This document shows, one piece after another, positions 25,701 to 40,258 of a stretch of 64,000 nucleotides of DNA (positions are counted from its first letter, which is position 1; the number at the start of each line of letters is the position of its first letter). Made by a program: the position numbers and the translations under genes. The DNA is taken from the NCBI GenBank assembly GCA_002633005.1, contig NMRA01000235.1, positions 48,127 to 112,126 on the forward strand, in the 5' to 3' direction. This DNA is from Phoronis australis. Taxonomy: Eukaryota; Animalia; Phoronida. Under the pieces are notes generated by a model. It did no database searches, was not told the DNA's origin, and saw nothing but the letters and a program-made list of their open reading frames with translations.

Positions 25701-28700
25701 ATGCAACTGCGTGAAGACTGGGCGCGAGAGGGCGTTCCGCCCGGTACGGCAACTTAGTGAAATCTGCCATCACTCAGAAAAGTGAAATGTCCCGTAAATA
25801 TTTACTTAATGTTCCAAAGGCGTTTCACAAGAACAGAAGAAGTCCATTGGTGATATTAAGGTCGCAGGCACATTCAAAATTAACACCTGTCCAACGCAAT
25901 ACCTGGGCGGAACGGGAAAATGAATGCACGAGACAAAACCAAATGATGGAATCTCCCGGTTGCCACTTTTCCCATTTATCTTCCCCACCAAACCCTTTTG
26001 AGCAGGAAGCCCCCCCCCTCCCAAGAAAGCAGCCTGTTTAGATAACGCTGGTGTTCATAGTTGGCTTTGAAGTTTTGGGACGGCTCTTTATTGTGATGTC
26101 GATATAATCACGTGGGCTCTCATAAATTGCATCTTTGTCAACGAACGCCCATGAGTATGGAAAACCGAAGTGGACAAATTGCAGGACAAATATTTTCTAG
26201 TCAAGAATTAAATTTCATGTAGGATCAAGAAATCAAAGCATAATTTATCGCGCCAAGACCTATAATTTGTCACGTCAGGACCAAAATTAAACTCGTCAGG
26301 AACCAAAACTTTTCACGCAAGGACACAATTTTTATTACGTCCGGAACATTTCACACGTGAGAAAAATTTCATGACAGAAGATCACGTGACCATCCACCAC
26401 CATGCGACCATTCAAAGCGACTACGTAAGAGGTTCACAATGTCTCCCCAATGACAGTCACATTATCGTAACAATGAGGTTGAATTTCTGTCGTCTCCTCC
26501 AGGTTTTACAACAGAAAACAATGTTAAGACTTGAATAGGGCTGAGTATGACAGATGCTCAGCGGATTGTTGTTTTCACGTGGTCTCCTGAGATGAAATTT
26601 TGTCTTGCATGGCGTGAAATTTTCTATTGGCAAGATACTTTCTCCTGGCATGAGATTTTCTCTTGGTTAGAAATTTTCTCCTGGAGTAGCAAGAAATGTC
26701 CCGACGTGATAAATTTTGGGTCCTGAGATGCTAAATTTTGGTTCTGATGTGATAAATTATAGGTTCTGCCTCGATAGATATTGGTTTTGGGTATATTTTC
26801 TTGTCCTGCAGAGAATTTAACTCTTGATTAGAAATTTTGTGTCCTGGAATTTTTCTCCACTTTGGCTTTCCACAGTGGCAGATCAAGGATATCATAAGGG
26901 GGGCAAATATTTTGTCTCATAAGGAATCGCGTAAAGCACAACTGTAGAGGCGCATAGCACCGAATGGGGGAGGTCGGGACTTCCCCCCTCCCGCCCAGGA
27001 GAAAACCTTGTTTTTGCCTCTAAAAAAAAGCATTTTCATTGATTCCTGAAGTGTTATCAAAGCGTGTCCATCTGGAAAAACTCTAAATGCCACGACTCCA
27101 ACTCACCCCTTGTCTGCCTGAGCGCGCGCGCGCTTTATCACTGCGCCACAGTGCTTCCACTCACAATACGGTGCAAAGAAACACTAATTCTTTTTATAGT
27201 CCACAGCGTTTGCGCACTAAACCTGTTTCTTTGGCGAAGTGGTAAAAAAGGTCCGCTTCTGAGAAACAAAAAGTCCAAGAAAATGAGACAAAAGTCCACT
27301 GAACAAGCTCGAACGCGCAATTCACAGTGATGCAGTGGTGTCCCTGTTTTTTTTTTTTAGTTCGCCCGCATTTTTGTTACCAAAAGGTCCACAACGTCAG
27401 GAATTCGAACCCCCCACATTGAAGGCTGGGTGCGCACATGAAGTCAACTGAGAATTATGTTGTTTGTGATGTAATGAATGCAAGAGTATTTAGACTGAGC
27501 CATGAGCTACCATTTAGCTCATTGGACAGATTCTGTTTGTAGTGGACTATGTATGGTAATTACATAAATTTCCAATCAGACGGCGAAATCGTTTTCTTAA
27601 CGGTTGACTAGTGGTGGCAACAACGTATCGATATTTTAGTCATGACATTATGTACTTGTTCATTGTTATCCTAGGTTTCGGCAAAGAACTCTTTCAGCCG
27701 GACGTTGACCGTATTTATGACAATTTGGAGAAGGCCATGGAAATGTTTCCGTGTCTACGCGACGCCAGCATTCAAACAATTGTATCCGGACCCATTACCT
27801 ATTCTGTCGACGCATTGCCAACGCTCGGACCCATGTGGGACCGCCACAACTACTGGCTAGCCGTCGGCACTGGGTAACTATTCAATACGCAATGAATATT
27901 AACTCATTCCTCAGCAGTAAATTCTGTGGGTTTCAATCTTTATGGTCTACCGACTTTGGGGTTCCTATAAGCATGTCCAACCATAACTTGACCAAATGTG
28001 AATAAAAGACAAACACTAATGTCGAGACGCTAGGTAGATGACCACGGTGCAGGCGCCGAAAAGTAATGTATAAATCCGTGTGTTGGAGCATGACCTGATG
28101 AAATTTCGGTGACGTAGGCAAATGCGACTGGAAATATCAAAATTGTGGCGTCAGGGGTGAGGCTATTTAATTTTGCAATGCAGCGAGGTGAAATTCGAGG
28201 AAGACTATGAACAAACATCAGACACTCACGGAGTCCTTAGAATTCTGTCGCTGCTTGACTGGAAATCCACGGTTTCTAATTGTCAACGTCACGCTGTTAA
28301 ATAATTGTGAAATACTCAATATGCTACTTCGCGTTCTTACCGTGTCTGCTTAACATAAAATTTTTGATAATTTATTGAAACTTTTAAAAATATCTAACAT
28401 AACGAGCCCCGTCCTTTATATTCAGCGTGATGTTTCAGATGTCCTTCCTTGTCATTAGTTACCCATAATCCTTTCTTTCCGATGTTTACGGTATAAACGT
28501 TTCCCTGTCATTGACATGAACGCAAAGTTGCGATAACTTCCATTGTAATAAATTATTAATTAAATATATCAATGTCATGAATCCCCTTTTTGTAGGTACG
28601 GAATCATCCATGGTGGTGGAAGCGGCAAGTACTTGTCCGACTGGATAATGAACGGAGAACCGCCTTACGACTTGATAGAGACGGACCCAGGTCGAAGTGG

Positions 28701-31700
28701 TGACTGGTGCCACATGTAGGTTGATTGATACAGTAAGCGCATTAAATGTCTCCGTTTTGGGAGCTATCAAGTTAATAAACACTTCTCCGACTGGTAAATC
28801 TCAATGCATTTTTAAGCAGCGATTAACGTTCCTACAAAGACCGATGTTCAATAATCTGGTTTCCAAAAATCAAGTCAGTGATCTCCTCCAAATTTTCAAG
28901 CTATTAAGACAAGCACGCACTTGGCAATTTTTGGTGCAATTGATACATGTAGATGGCAAATTCTGGGGCTCGCACAATTTATGACTCCTTAGTGACATTC
29001 TCAACCACACCCACTAATCACTTCAGCGGTCGCCATTTTGCTAGGTAACAGTAGTACCGTCATGAGCATACTCGCGAACCTCTCGCCTTTCACTCGCTTT
29101 ATTTTGCGTGACTTCACTTTTTTCGCAAGAAATGTGGCCTGTGGAATACTATCCAGCCTCTCGTTCAGTAACATAGGACCTCGTTCAGACTTCGCGATCG
29201 ATTATCTGAAATGATTTCGTGATTATAAAAAAGAACACGTGACTGTGGCTAGATTTTAACCGGCCTAGCGTAGGTCCTACCATTATTGAACTCACGCCAG
29301 GTTAGGAGGTTCAACATAGAGCTTCTCGCTGGTTCCCTGCGTGCCGCTAGGTGGTCGGTAGCCAGCACGCAGGCATCACTTAATTTCCTCGGGAATTTTT
29401 TTACACCGTCGTTTCTGATTGGCTAGTCGAATTCTCAACAGGCAGCGCTTTACGCAAACAAACTGGCATGACTGATGGACTGAAGTGTAAATATGGTCTG
29501 TTGTACAGACAAATCGGTGCTTAAAATTTATGTTCAGGAAATGTGAATCCTAGAAATTGTGGCTGCACCTTTTCGTAGTGCATCTTTCTACTGTCGATGA
29601 CTTTTGTTTAAAATGCTGTATTCATACAGTATGAATAACACACCGTTAAATTGGCCAGATATGTGTTTATTGTACATGTGTGTGTTTCAAGCACGCGGTT
29701 ATTAAGCATCACTGCAGAAACGAAATAGTTGTTGCGACGCCACTTGCATGGCAAGGCTAAAAATCGTACACAGTCCGCCACTATTCACGGTGTTGTAAAG
29801 CTAACCAATGACTGCTGAGGCCTTACATCAAGCAATGCTAAAGCGCGTGCCACTGCGTGCTGGCTTGGCACGTAGGGAACCAGCGAGCATAGCGCTTGCG
29901 CAATGGGGCAATGGCCTCTGGGGTACATGTAGGTTGACTTCTTGGAGCTATTAGATCACGCACGGTCAGTTCAAAACCGACCTGGAGCCAATTGTTCATG
30001 TTGGTATAGATCGACTGTGGCTTGCGACTCCTTTTCTTGTAAGTGGATCTATGAATAGTCTGTCAAAAATAAAATAAAATAAATAAATAAAGTTTCTCTC
30101 TCTCAAGTATGGGTTTTTGGAATCAGGTACTTTTGCTATCAGGGATTCTTTGCAGCAAATTGACTTATTCTGGAGTACAAGACGAGTCACTTTTGAGGCA
30201 CTTGTACTGTAGCAAGAAATGTTAATTTATGTATAGGAACCAGTGTTTGCTTACATTCCTCGTCAACAATTCAACATTCCATTCTCGCCGACCAATCAGT
30301 TTTGTGGTGGCCATTTTGCAAGTCTACCGTATCTTGATAAGTTTGCGGAGCTTATTTACAAGACAGTCAATCACCTTCTTACGAGCTTTCCAAAAGTCGC
30401 AAAAAACTCGTATGAAGTAACACACGTTTTGAAGTGCTGAGTTTATCTTGACTTCTCAGATTTGTTGGCGCACGTGTTTTTATATGAAATTAACAAACTA
30501 AAATAGTAAAATCGCATTTTTATGGCTACTCTAAGTTTAGTTTAATGTAGTTTAAACAAAATCCGATCGGGCGCTCCGTCAGCAACTGCACACAGGTTAT
30601 TGTTGACAGTGTTCCTCCGAGTTTGAACCTATTTCTTTTTGTATTGAGGCGTATTTTTCCATTTAGAGATTATGCATTGAAGAAAATCCGCGAGACCTAT
30701 GCCAAAAATAACATGGTAGGTTTCCCCAAGGAAGAGAGGTGGGCGGGTAGACCCACCGCTCGCGTGAGTGGGGTCTACCAGAAGCTAAAGGACGGTGGTG
30801 CTGAATATGGCTTCCACGCAGGTACGTTACATCAGGAAAATGGTGTTTTTTTAATTGTTTCAGACCAATGAATTAGTCATTATGTTGCAAAGTTATGTGA
30901 TTTAGTTGAGTTCCTTAGAGCCAATGGTTAATAACACTTCCTGTTGTGACGTGTACAGTGTACCTCGTACTTCATTGGTTGATCGTTATGTCCTTGTATG
31001 TTGTTATGGGCAATTTAATTCAGATTTAGTTTTAACTCAATCCTGACTCATGTTCTACTTTCATGTACCACAATAGTTGTTATAACAGAACTAGTTACAT
31101 GTACATGCAACTTCGTTGTTTATATCTGTTCCCACGAACCACTTTGATAGCCGACTTGCAATGTGTTCCCGTCACACTGGCCACATACGAGCATAATTCA
31201 TTACCACCTATGATTTCATACGACGAGTATAATTTTTTTTCTCTTATTATTTAATGTCTCACTTTCGAATGCGATTGCCTTCGGTGTGCATAAGTTTAGC
31301 TATACATGTCAAATCTCACCATGCCATCAGTCCTCATATTCTGATTTTTTGATGCAGATGAGAATCGCGTTGCAGCAGGAGAGAGAGAGAGACTGTCCAC
31401 TTATAAATTTCATTTCAACGTGTTGGCCTGTCATATATAATGAATGTCCGCATGTACTTTCAAATTCCTGTACGCTGGCCAAAATCTAGAACTGTAGCGA
31501 GATTTGACAGCTCGGTTCGTCTTCTGGGTAATGCTTGGTCATAAAAATGGCGTCGAGTAATTTAGGAACAATGACTGTGTATCCCATCAAGGGCATAGGT
31601 TGTAACCCACGTCATAATGATTTTCTTTTAATGTTACATTTAATTCCATGTTCATGTCCGCAGGATAACGGCAATACATTTATAATGTCACCCACTGGTG

Positions 31701-34700
31701 AAAGCAATGAGCGACACCTAGCAAGTTAGCGTGTCACGTGATTTTCCAAATGTAGAAGTGAGTGCTGTCATGAACTTAAATGTATTGTCGACTTGTACGA
31801 AGCTTATTGTGCGATAGAAGTTGGAACGAGTGTAGCCTACTCTGATCATTGTGTGAAACGGCAGAACGAGTCCTTTTACACGTGACTCACGTTACTTAAA
31901 TGACCCGTGATTGTCAGAGCCACCTATAGACTATTTCAACCAGACGTCCTGTCGCTCCCGCTCTTGTGTCACAGAAAGATACACAGAAGTCATGTTGCCT
32001 AATTTGTTTGCACATATAGGGTGGGAACAACCAACGTGGTTCGCGCAGAACGGAGACGATGGTGGTTATAAACCAAGTTTTCGTCGCACCAACTGGTTCG
32101 AACCGGTGGGGCGCGAGTGCAGGATGGTTTTGGAAAAGGGAGGAATCATCGACCTTACTCCGTTTGGAAAAATAAATGTTAAAGGAAAAGACGCGACAGC
32201 CTATATGGATCATATTGTCGCCAACAAATTACCAGAGGTATAACGAAAAGCATCCTTGTAGTGTTAAACAGTAGAACTAGAGTGCTAGAATAGAGATGGC
32301 ATTGAATTGCTGATTTCGTAATGGAGAAAGTGGAAACTGTCAAGGAAAATAGATAGTTCATCAATGACGGCAATCAAATGGGGAAGGTCGTCTTTGGCAT
32401 GTGCGAGACTGGGAAGTTCAAGTTAAAGGAATGGTGGCTATTGAACTAAGAAGGTTTGAAAAAGCAGTCAGGAGAAAACAAACGTTTGTTACGACTTGTG
32501 AAGTTTGAACTTGATGGCGAAAATCAGGGGAAATTCAGAGTGCGGGAAATTTCACATTTTTGGTTTCAGGTAAATGTTATTTTGCGACAGGTGATGACGC
32601 CACACAAGTAATATCTATGTGCCCACATATGTATATGTGCGGGTGTAATATGCCGTCATCTTAGTCTTTCCGTTCTCCGTCCGTTTGGCGTCCGTTCGGC
32701 GACCTTCGACGTCCGTTCAGCTTCCGCTTGTTGTATCTCAAAAACCCTTAGAGGAATGTTCGTGGAATTTTGCATACATTTTTCTATTAGAAATGGGACG
32801 TCACCAACGAAATTTTATGCGGATTGTACTAACTTTGTGTCTCCTAGTGGAAACTAATTTGCCTATCGGCCGAGTTTCTTAGAAAACTTTTATGAAATTT
32901 ATCGTATCAGTTTCTAGGAGACGATGACACCTTCACATTCAAACGTGGAATATTACGTAATCTGCGTCCCCAGAGGTCACTGTCATTGGGCTACTTTTAT
33001 TTTTACCTCTGCTTTTGTATTCATCAACATGTCCACTTAAAGGACAATTGTGAAACTTCCAACGTGGTGATTGCGTTTGAGGATTTTGGACGTGCTCCGT
33101 TGGGGAAATTTAGCTTTTCGTCTTCTTCGTTTACCTCTGTAGTCTACCACGTTCCTATTTGTGAAATGTGTTGAATAAGTTTCTGTTTTAAGGGTGACGA
33201 CACCTTCCCGTTTTCTTATGGATAAAATTTCTGCCACCCTAGTGGGAACTTTTATTATGTTTGTGTCTATTTTGGTTTCCGCCTCTACATCCGCCAAACT
33301 GCTTGATAGACCATTACGAAATGTTACAGGATTTGTTTCTATTGAGGTAAGTAATTTAGTCTTAAGTTTTAGGACGGGTCCAACAAGTGTGTCTTGTCCT
33401 TGTGGTGACAAATCTGCTTTTGCCTGCAAGGCAGCTCCACTAATATTCTCCGTGGATCTTTATAAAATTTTGTATATCTGCATCTCCAGTTGAGGAGAGT
33501 ACGTCCGTCGTAGATTTTGGGCCGAGTCCTTCTACGATGGCGTGCCCTAATAACTATTTAGGTTTTGTTTACGTATGCTGCTATATTTACAAATTCCTCG
33601 ATTTATATTCACAAAAACCAGTCAAATAGTTCCTGTCTAGAATATTATAACACTTGCATTATTTCAGACGGATTTGATTTATGCTGCGCCCTCAGTGGCT
33701 TAGTTATATATTACATGATACATTATACGTAAGCTGAAGCAGTACCGTTTGGCGGCCCAGTTACAGGTGCATTTCAAAACTTTGTGTTTCTCTTGCGTGT
33801 GGAGCACTCCTCTTTTGATTTGTCTATGAGTGGAGAGTATCGCTTTGCACATTTCGATTTTAGGTAAATACTACCAGAATAAGTCACATGCTGACACCAA
33901 CCGGAAAAGTGTACGCTGAGCTAACAGTGACGCGGCTGTGCGATGATGAATATTTCTGCGTGACTGGTTCAGGTTCCGAGTTCCACGACTACAGGTTATT
34001 CTTAGATCTCTCGTGGCTTCCGGTAGTTTTGTAAGCTTACCTTGTTATAGACGTTTTTGTGAGTCCACCTACGCATGCCTGGAATGACAGATGTATGCGC
34101 AAGAACGCAATTTTGATATTAGTCATGGACACGTGATCGTAATCTCCAATGAGAGTGTCTGAAATGATCCCGGTTGCGCTCATTTATCATTGCTCTTAAG
34201 TTGAATTTCGGAGCTTCCGCAACGCTTCTGTCCAGCTCCTGCTGTTTGTGTTGAATTTCCATTTTCTTTACCTCAGTTTCTTTACAAATTGGTGTAATTT
34301 GGAAAAATCACGAAAATAACTTGTTCGTCCTCTACAATGACAGGCCTTATATGTAAGAATAATGTGTATTATTTTTCTGCAACTGTGTTGCTGATGTTAA
34401 AGTCGACTTCCTTACTTTTGAGATGGATGCAAACTCAAGCCAGGGCAAAGAATTTCGACGTCACGGTCAACAGGTTGACAGGCGATATAGCCTGCCTCGG
34501 TATCGCGGGACCCAAATCACGTGATGTCATGGCAAACCTGTCAACAGAGAGTATGTCAAACGAGGACTTCGGTTTCTTGCAAGCGAAAAGAGTAACCGTT
34601 GGTGGGGTGGCAACCATTGCTATACGTATATCATATACAGGTAAAATACGAACTCAAAAGAAGTTTTTAAACTTAATACTTGTTTTACCAGAAGCGGGTT

Positions 34701-37700
34701 TTGGAATTCAGACATAGTTTTCAAGAGAGGACTTTCACGGACCATTCCACTTTTAAACAAAAATGTTTGGATAAAATCTGATAGTGAATTCTACGGTTAT
34801 TTACTGTTAATTTAAACCATTTTCTGGCTTTGTATTCAAGAATTTATATTTTTTAAAGGTGAATTGGGTTGGGAGCTGTACCACAAGCCGTCCGATACAG
34901 TGACGTTGTATGACGCGCTTATGGCTGTTGGTAAAGAACATGGCGTGGGAAACTTTGGTACATACGCACTAAACTCCCTTAGGTTGGAGAAAGGATTCCG
35001 AGCTTGGGGGCATGAGGTAGGACTGATTTGATTTGTCGATCAATGTCAATTGATATTCTGTGAATCGTCTACGGTTCAGTTTCATTCGCATCATCTGACC
35101 ACACATACCCTAAACGAAATCAAATGATGGTATCAGGATGAATTGTTCGTAAATTCAATATCAAATAATTAGGCATACTTCGTTATCGTTTATTACTCTG
35201 AGTCAAATCTGAGCTGCGTTCCGAGTAGACGGAAGAAACTCGCGAAAACTTCATGTACGCATAGTCACGCTAGTCTTCGCGAGATACCGCATTGCATTAC
35301 AAGCGAAGCGCTTGATCACGCTGCTATTCCCACAATTGCCTTTTGTCTACGTACATGTACGGAACGCAGCCCTCCTGGTTCTTGGTTTTGAAGCTTTGGT
35401 AGAATATTGACTGTGACCAAGTCTTTAATTAATAGGTTGTGCGTCTTGCAACGGGATTTTACAGCCAGTCAAGTTGTCAAACAAGTGGGAATACTTTTGA
35501 TGATAGCTGTAATCAACGCACTATTTTGCAGATGAATGTAGACACAAACCCGCTGGAGGCAGGACTGGAAAAGTTTGTTAAGTTAAAAAAGGTAAAACCA
35601 TTGGTCACTCTGAAAATATTCCGGTTGATATTACAGGATTGAATCACAACCATCGTAAATACTTGTGTGGAAAGTTATGTCGAGTAAATTTATGTACAAA
35701 TAAATCAATAGCTCAAAACGTTGCTAAGAATTTGTAGTTTCAAATGGCATGTGCATTCAAACCTTTGTTGACTTTTGGGCCGAAAGGTGAGACCTTTTTA
35801 TGCCTTTATTTATTGCGCGGCATATACTCGGTATTAATCTTTTTGTTGGGCTTACTGTCACGTTTTTCCAATGTATGGGTAGGCCTAGGATGTTACCGAT
35901 GCTAACAACTTTCGGAGTGACGATAGGCTGAAAACTGGTTCGAGTTTATCACTTTATTAATCCCGAAAGTACGTTCACAAGCCTGCTCAAACAAAACATC
36001 CGACTTAATGTCTGTCCTATGCTCCAGCCAGTGCTGTGAAGCTTCACTTTGACTTGTGACACTCGTTGATTCAAAAGTCAGCTGTTGCTGCAGCTGGCTC
36101 TCTAATGACGTTACATGTATGCTGCAACACAACTACAATTTCTACTGACAGAACCCAACTTCAACTCTCTTTTAACTGTCACTCATCCTGCCTTAGTATT
36201 TATAGTCTCTTACAATGTTCTCGGACGTTCCACCAATTCAACTACAACTTTCTAGAAGTTTCCAGCATCTATCCAATCATTCTACAAATAAATACTAGGT
36301 TCTATAGAAATTTTAGACTACATTAAACTCTAACATTATGGAATCATTTGGAATGATCCCTATTCTACCGTAAACAAACTGCATACAGTAATCATTGCCT
36401 TGACCTCATGAGGCATGTCAATCAATTAGTGCTGTCTACACATCGCAGAACAATACAATAAGACGTATCAAATTAATTGTTCACCTGTTAAGCACGAGAG
36501 CATGAGATGAAAACAAGTTTAGTTCGCAATTATGAGCTAATTCACACGTAAAGAACCATTTTTCCAAAAGCTGCGGTATCATTAGAAATCGTGTTTGGCT
36601 ACTCCGAGGTGAAGTCAGAGACGCAGTGCAAGGATCTATGTAAACATCAAGTTATATTTTCCTGTTGATCTCTCCCGTATTTATGTCTCTATACCAGGGT
36701 CCATGGTCTAATACCAGCTCGGCCTCGGCAATCGACATTGGAAAATTGACAATATAAGTCTTTGAGTAAACGTTGACTATTTGTGTGCTAAAATCTTTCG
36801 GCTTGTTTGATTAATCATGCGCGCATTAAGCCTTAAATCGAATTTCTTACGATGTGGACCTTTTGCTGACAAAAAAGCAGGAGGACTAAAAAAAGAAACA
36901 GGGTACCATCTTCACTGTGCGTCTGCGCCTTTTTAGTGAGCTTTTGTCTCGTAATCCCAGACTTTTTGTTTCTCTGAAGCGGACCTTAATTTGCCCACTT
37001 CGCCAAATGGGGGGGGGGTTCGTTCGAGTCCCCACCCCCTGGGTGCGCGCATGTTAATGTTCGTCTCTAAGTCTGTGTTTGGAGATGAGATCCTGGAATC
37101 TGATTGGACTGTGTATAATGTGATACCTCTTGCTGGTTCCCTAGGTGCCTAGCCATGCAGCACGCAGGTACATGTATCACGCAGTAGTACGCGCTTTAGC
37201 ATTGGTTGATGTAACCTGGGTAGCCATTGGTTAGCTTTACAACAGCGTGAAAAAATGGCGGACAATGAACGATTTTTAGCCTTGTTATGCAAGTTGCGTT
37301 GCAGCAACTATTTCGTTTCTGCAGTGATATTTAATAGCCGCGTGCTTGAAGCACACACATGTACAATAAAGACACACAGTATCTGGCCGATTTAACCAGT
37401 GTGTTATTCATATTGTATGAATACAGGACAGTATCGTAAACAAAAGTCAGTAGAAAAATGCACCCTGAAAAGGCGCAACCACAATTTCTGGGATTTACAT
37501 TTCCTGAACTCAATTTTTAATCACCGATTTGTCCGTACAACAGACCGTATTTACACTTCCATCAGTCATGCCACTTTGTTTGCGTAAAGCGCTACCTGTT
37601 GAGAATTCGACCAGCCAAACGGAAACGCCGGTGTAAAAAATATTTCCCCTGGAAAATTAAATGATACCTGCGTGCTGGCTACCACCTAGCGGCACGCAGG

Positions 37701-40258
37701 GAACCAGCGAGAGTGATACCTTGGCAACTGCACCAAAATTTGCTAACATGCGCATTTAGTTAATAACCTGTGGCCTTCTATATTGCACGTGCACTGGTGA
37801 TGCTTATCATCTATGTACAACCATTTTAGGAAGCCGACTTCATTGGAAAAACAGCTCTGCAGAAAATCAAGGCTGATGAACTGAATCGTCGTCTCGCTTT
37901 TATGACGGTAGACACAACGGATGTAGATTGTGAAGGAAATGAGACAATATGGTTCGAGGACAAGGTATGTGTCGTGTTTCAACTCAAAACCTTCATTTAC
38001 TCATGTTTTGGTCAACATGATCTCATTAAAATTTGAACTATGTTTTTTGTGAGCTAAAACAGACCAAATTATCTATTTGTCACTTGTCCACGGGCATTAA
38101 TGGCATTATCATAATTGCCTGTTCTACTAGGAAACTTTGACAAATTTTTGTAGTTGAGCTGAAACAGCTGGTCTATAGCCGATCTTTTTTGAGTGAACGG
38201 AAACAAAATTTTGTAAATCCACGCAAAGCTTCGTGGCTGAGGTGAAACCTGCCAACTTGAAGCCAGAATAAACCTAGTTTGTGTTGGGAAAATTTGCTGA
38301 AAAAGCAATGAAAGATCTCCTGTCGGAAAATCTTTGGGGACAAATCCGAATTCTTAACAGGACGACAAAATTTGTTTTTCCATCCAGAAATTCATAATTA
38401 TCTCACAGATGTTGTCAGCAAACGTGACTTTTCTTCTTTCTCCGGTTTCAATAAACGATCGAAGCATCGATCCTTATATGTTGGCTTATGTTAGTGATGA
38501 ATTTGAACTGTGCTAAACTGTGGGAATAACAACAAAACAAAGTGCGGTTAGTGCGAGGATAAAACAAGCTTTATTATTTACTGAGTAAGGTGTATGTTTG
38601 AGATGTGAACATCTCTGACTCTATTGTTTCTGATGAGATGGCATGTTGTGGGAGTCTATTCCAGAGCAAAATAATAGATGAGAAGAAAGAGTAGTATGCA
38701 GTGCGAATGTTTGTTTTCTCAAACGTGTAAGAGTGCCGGGAATTACTTGATCTAGAAATATGTAGCGGTGGAAGATTTGTGTGGAGTATGGCAACTAGGT
38801 TGTGTATGGTCTTGTGCATGAGGACCCGTTCCAAACGCCGTAACACCATTGAAGAGTCTATTAAATGCAAGCCGTTACATGCTTGCAGCTCACTGTAATA
38901 TATTACTACAATATGTTATACACTGTAACACTCTTCAATAAGCCTACAATCAGACGGCCTTTTTTGAGCAACGAGGACAAATGTGAAGTCGCGAGACCTA
39001 AGAGTTCTGGGATAACGGCACTTTCATCTGAGGTTGCCATTTTGTAAATTCGGCGAGAAATACAGATTGCCGCTAGTGTCGAAGCTGAATGTAAGCGAAA
39101 ATCTTGGCAACAATAGTAAACATAGACTTGATCCTGGGGCGCACTGTAACATGCATGTAGGACTCGTTGAAGAGTGTTACGATGTATAGTGTATTGTAGT
39201 AGTATATTACATTGAGCTGTAAGCATGTAAGGGCTTGCATTTAACACACTCTTGAATGGTGTAACGGCGTTTGGAACGGGAGAAATAAACAGTTTGTTTC
39301 GAGCACGTTTTCTTGAAGTGTGTTCCATTTGAGAGTGGTGAACATAGAGGTAACAGAGGAGTATCTGGAGTGGTCATTAATTGGGACGAACTTGGCTGCT
39401 TTAAGCTGTATTCTTTCTATTTATCAATATTGGAGCGTGCAGAGGGATCCCAGACACTAGTGAAGTGTAGGACAAGGATTTTGTTTCACAAGGTGCATAT
39501 ATGAGGTCCCGTTTAATGAAGGCAAGAGTTCTGTTTGGCTAAGACTGAGGCACTTGTGTCTATGTGAGTGTTCCATGATAAATTATTGGTAAGAGTGACC
39601 CCAAGGTAGGAGGCTTGATTTATACCTTTCAGTGGTGAGTTGTGACACCTGTAATTATATATTATGGTGGAACGTTTTCTGTGGACACTTGAAATATTGC
39701 ATGTGGAAACGTTGCTTATGTCTTCCTCAGACTAATAGGTGGCGCTGCGGATATTGCAATGTAGACCTGACTGAGCGCCCTCATCACGGTTCACAGCAGA
39801 CATTTCTTGGTGAATCAAGGTAGATTCTGGTGTTCTCCTTTTGAAATCAGTTCATTTCAAATAAATGACAGTCACTTCCTTCCGCCAGTAATCGCATTAC
39901 GCCTTATGGGGGGTGCTTTAATTGTAGGACGTATTGTTTAATTGTGTCACTTCGATCTTACTGCATCAACTTTTATGTCCAGCAATGACGTTCAACATGA
40001 CGTTGTGCGTCTTGTAAGTTTAAAAAGTCTAAAGAATCTTTATCGCGAATAATTTTACAGGCAGTGGGTAACACAACCTCGGGAGCGTATGGATATCAAA
40101 TTAACAAGAGTGTGTGCTTCGGTTACTTGCCTATGGAACTACAAGCGCCTGGCACTCAAGTTCAGGTGGAATTAGTGGGAGAACGTTACGTGGCCATCGT
40201 TTTGAAAGCACCACATGTAATGGTCGAATCCATGAGAAGTACCAGGCATTTGAAATAA
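22790..40258 (+). CDS. DMGDH: Dimethylglycine dehydrogenase, mitochondrial (multi-exon; first exon with transit peptide not located)
   Basis: 15 GT-AG exons in consistent phase: 22790-22949, 23303-23401, 23645-23809, 24949-25153, 25495-25743, 27675-27873, 28596-28715, 30667-30821, 32020-32237, 33864-33994, 34423-34640, 34859-35016, 35532-35591, 37830-37964, 40061-40258 (about 822 aa plus stop). Motifs: [17 protein letters not shown] (FAD binding), [16 protein letters not shown] (covalent-FAD His), [46 protein letters not shown]. Confidence 0.95.
26158..26872. mobile_element. Foldback-like element with ~200-bp imperfect inverted arms, in a DMGDH intron
   Basis: tggaaaaccgaagtggacaaattgcaggac..ttttctagtcaaga at the left mirrors tcttgattagaaatttt.tgtcctggaatttt.tccactttggctttcca at the right; arms contain short internal subrepeats. 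Confidence 0.7.
29325..29887 (+). mobile_element. ~570-bp MITE, copy 1 (TIR CTCGCTGGTTCCCT.CGTG; 9-10-bp TSD)
   Basis: TIRs at both ends; flanks CATAGAGCTT and CATAGCGCTT; collinear with 37129-37711 (inverted) and 51134-51714. Confidence 0.9.
32616..32940 (+). mobile_element. Helentron/HINE (DINE-1-like) non-autonomous element fragment
   Basis: Hairpin cccacatat..atatgtg, then tgccgtcatct and degenerate (CCGT)n; homologous to the element starting at 63470. Confidence 0.5.
36816..37053. mobile_element. ~240-bp MITE of the CATGCGCGCACCCAG...CTGGGTGCGCGCATG family; other copies at 44767-45006, 61508-61764 and one ending at ~27440
   Basis: Shared termini and interior gtggaccttttgct.acaaaaaagc.ggagg.ctaaaaa..cagggtacca. 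Confidence 0.75.
37129..37711 (-). mobile_element. ~580-bp MITE, copy 2 (inverted)
   Basis: Reverse complement of copy 1; flanks TGTGATACCT and AGTGATACCT. Confidence 0.9.
38574..39600 (-). mobile_element. Decayed 3' part of a CR1/L2-group LINE
   Basis: ...[36 protein letters not shown] resembles the SFFPR...WNxLP C-terminus of CR1/L2-group ORF2; many stops and frameshifts; AT-rich tail; 5' limit approximate. Confidence 0.6.

Noticed and set aside
22790-40258. Sarcosine dehydrogenase or PDPR identity
   Set aside because: [29 protein letters not shown] and VGNTTSG match DMGDH as I recall it better than SARDH.
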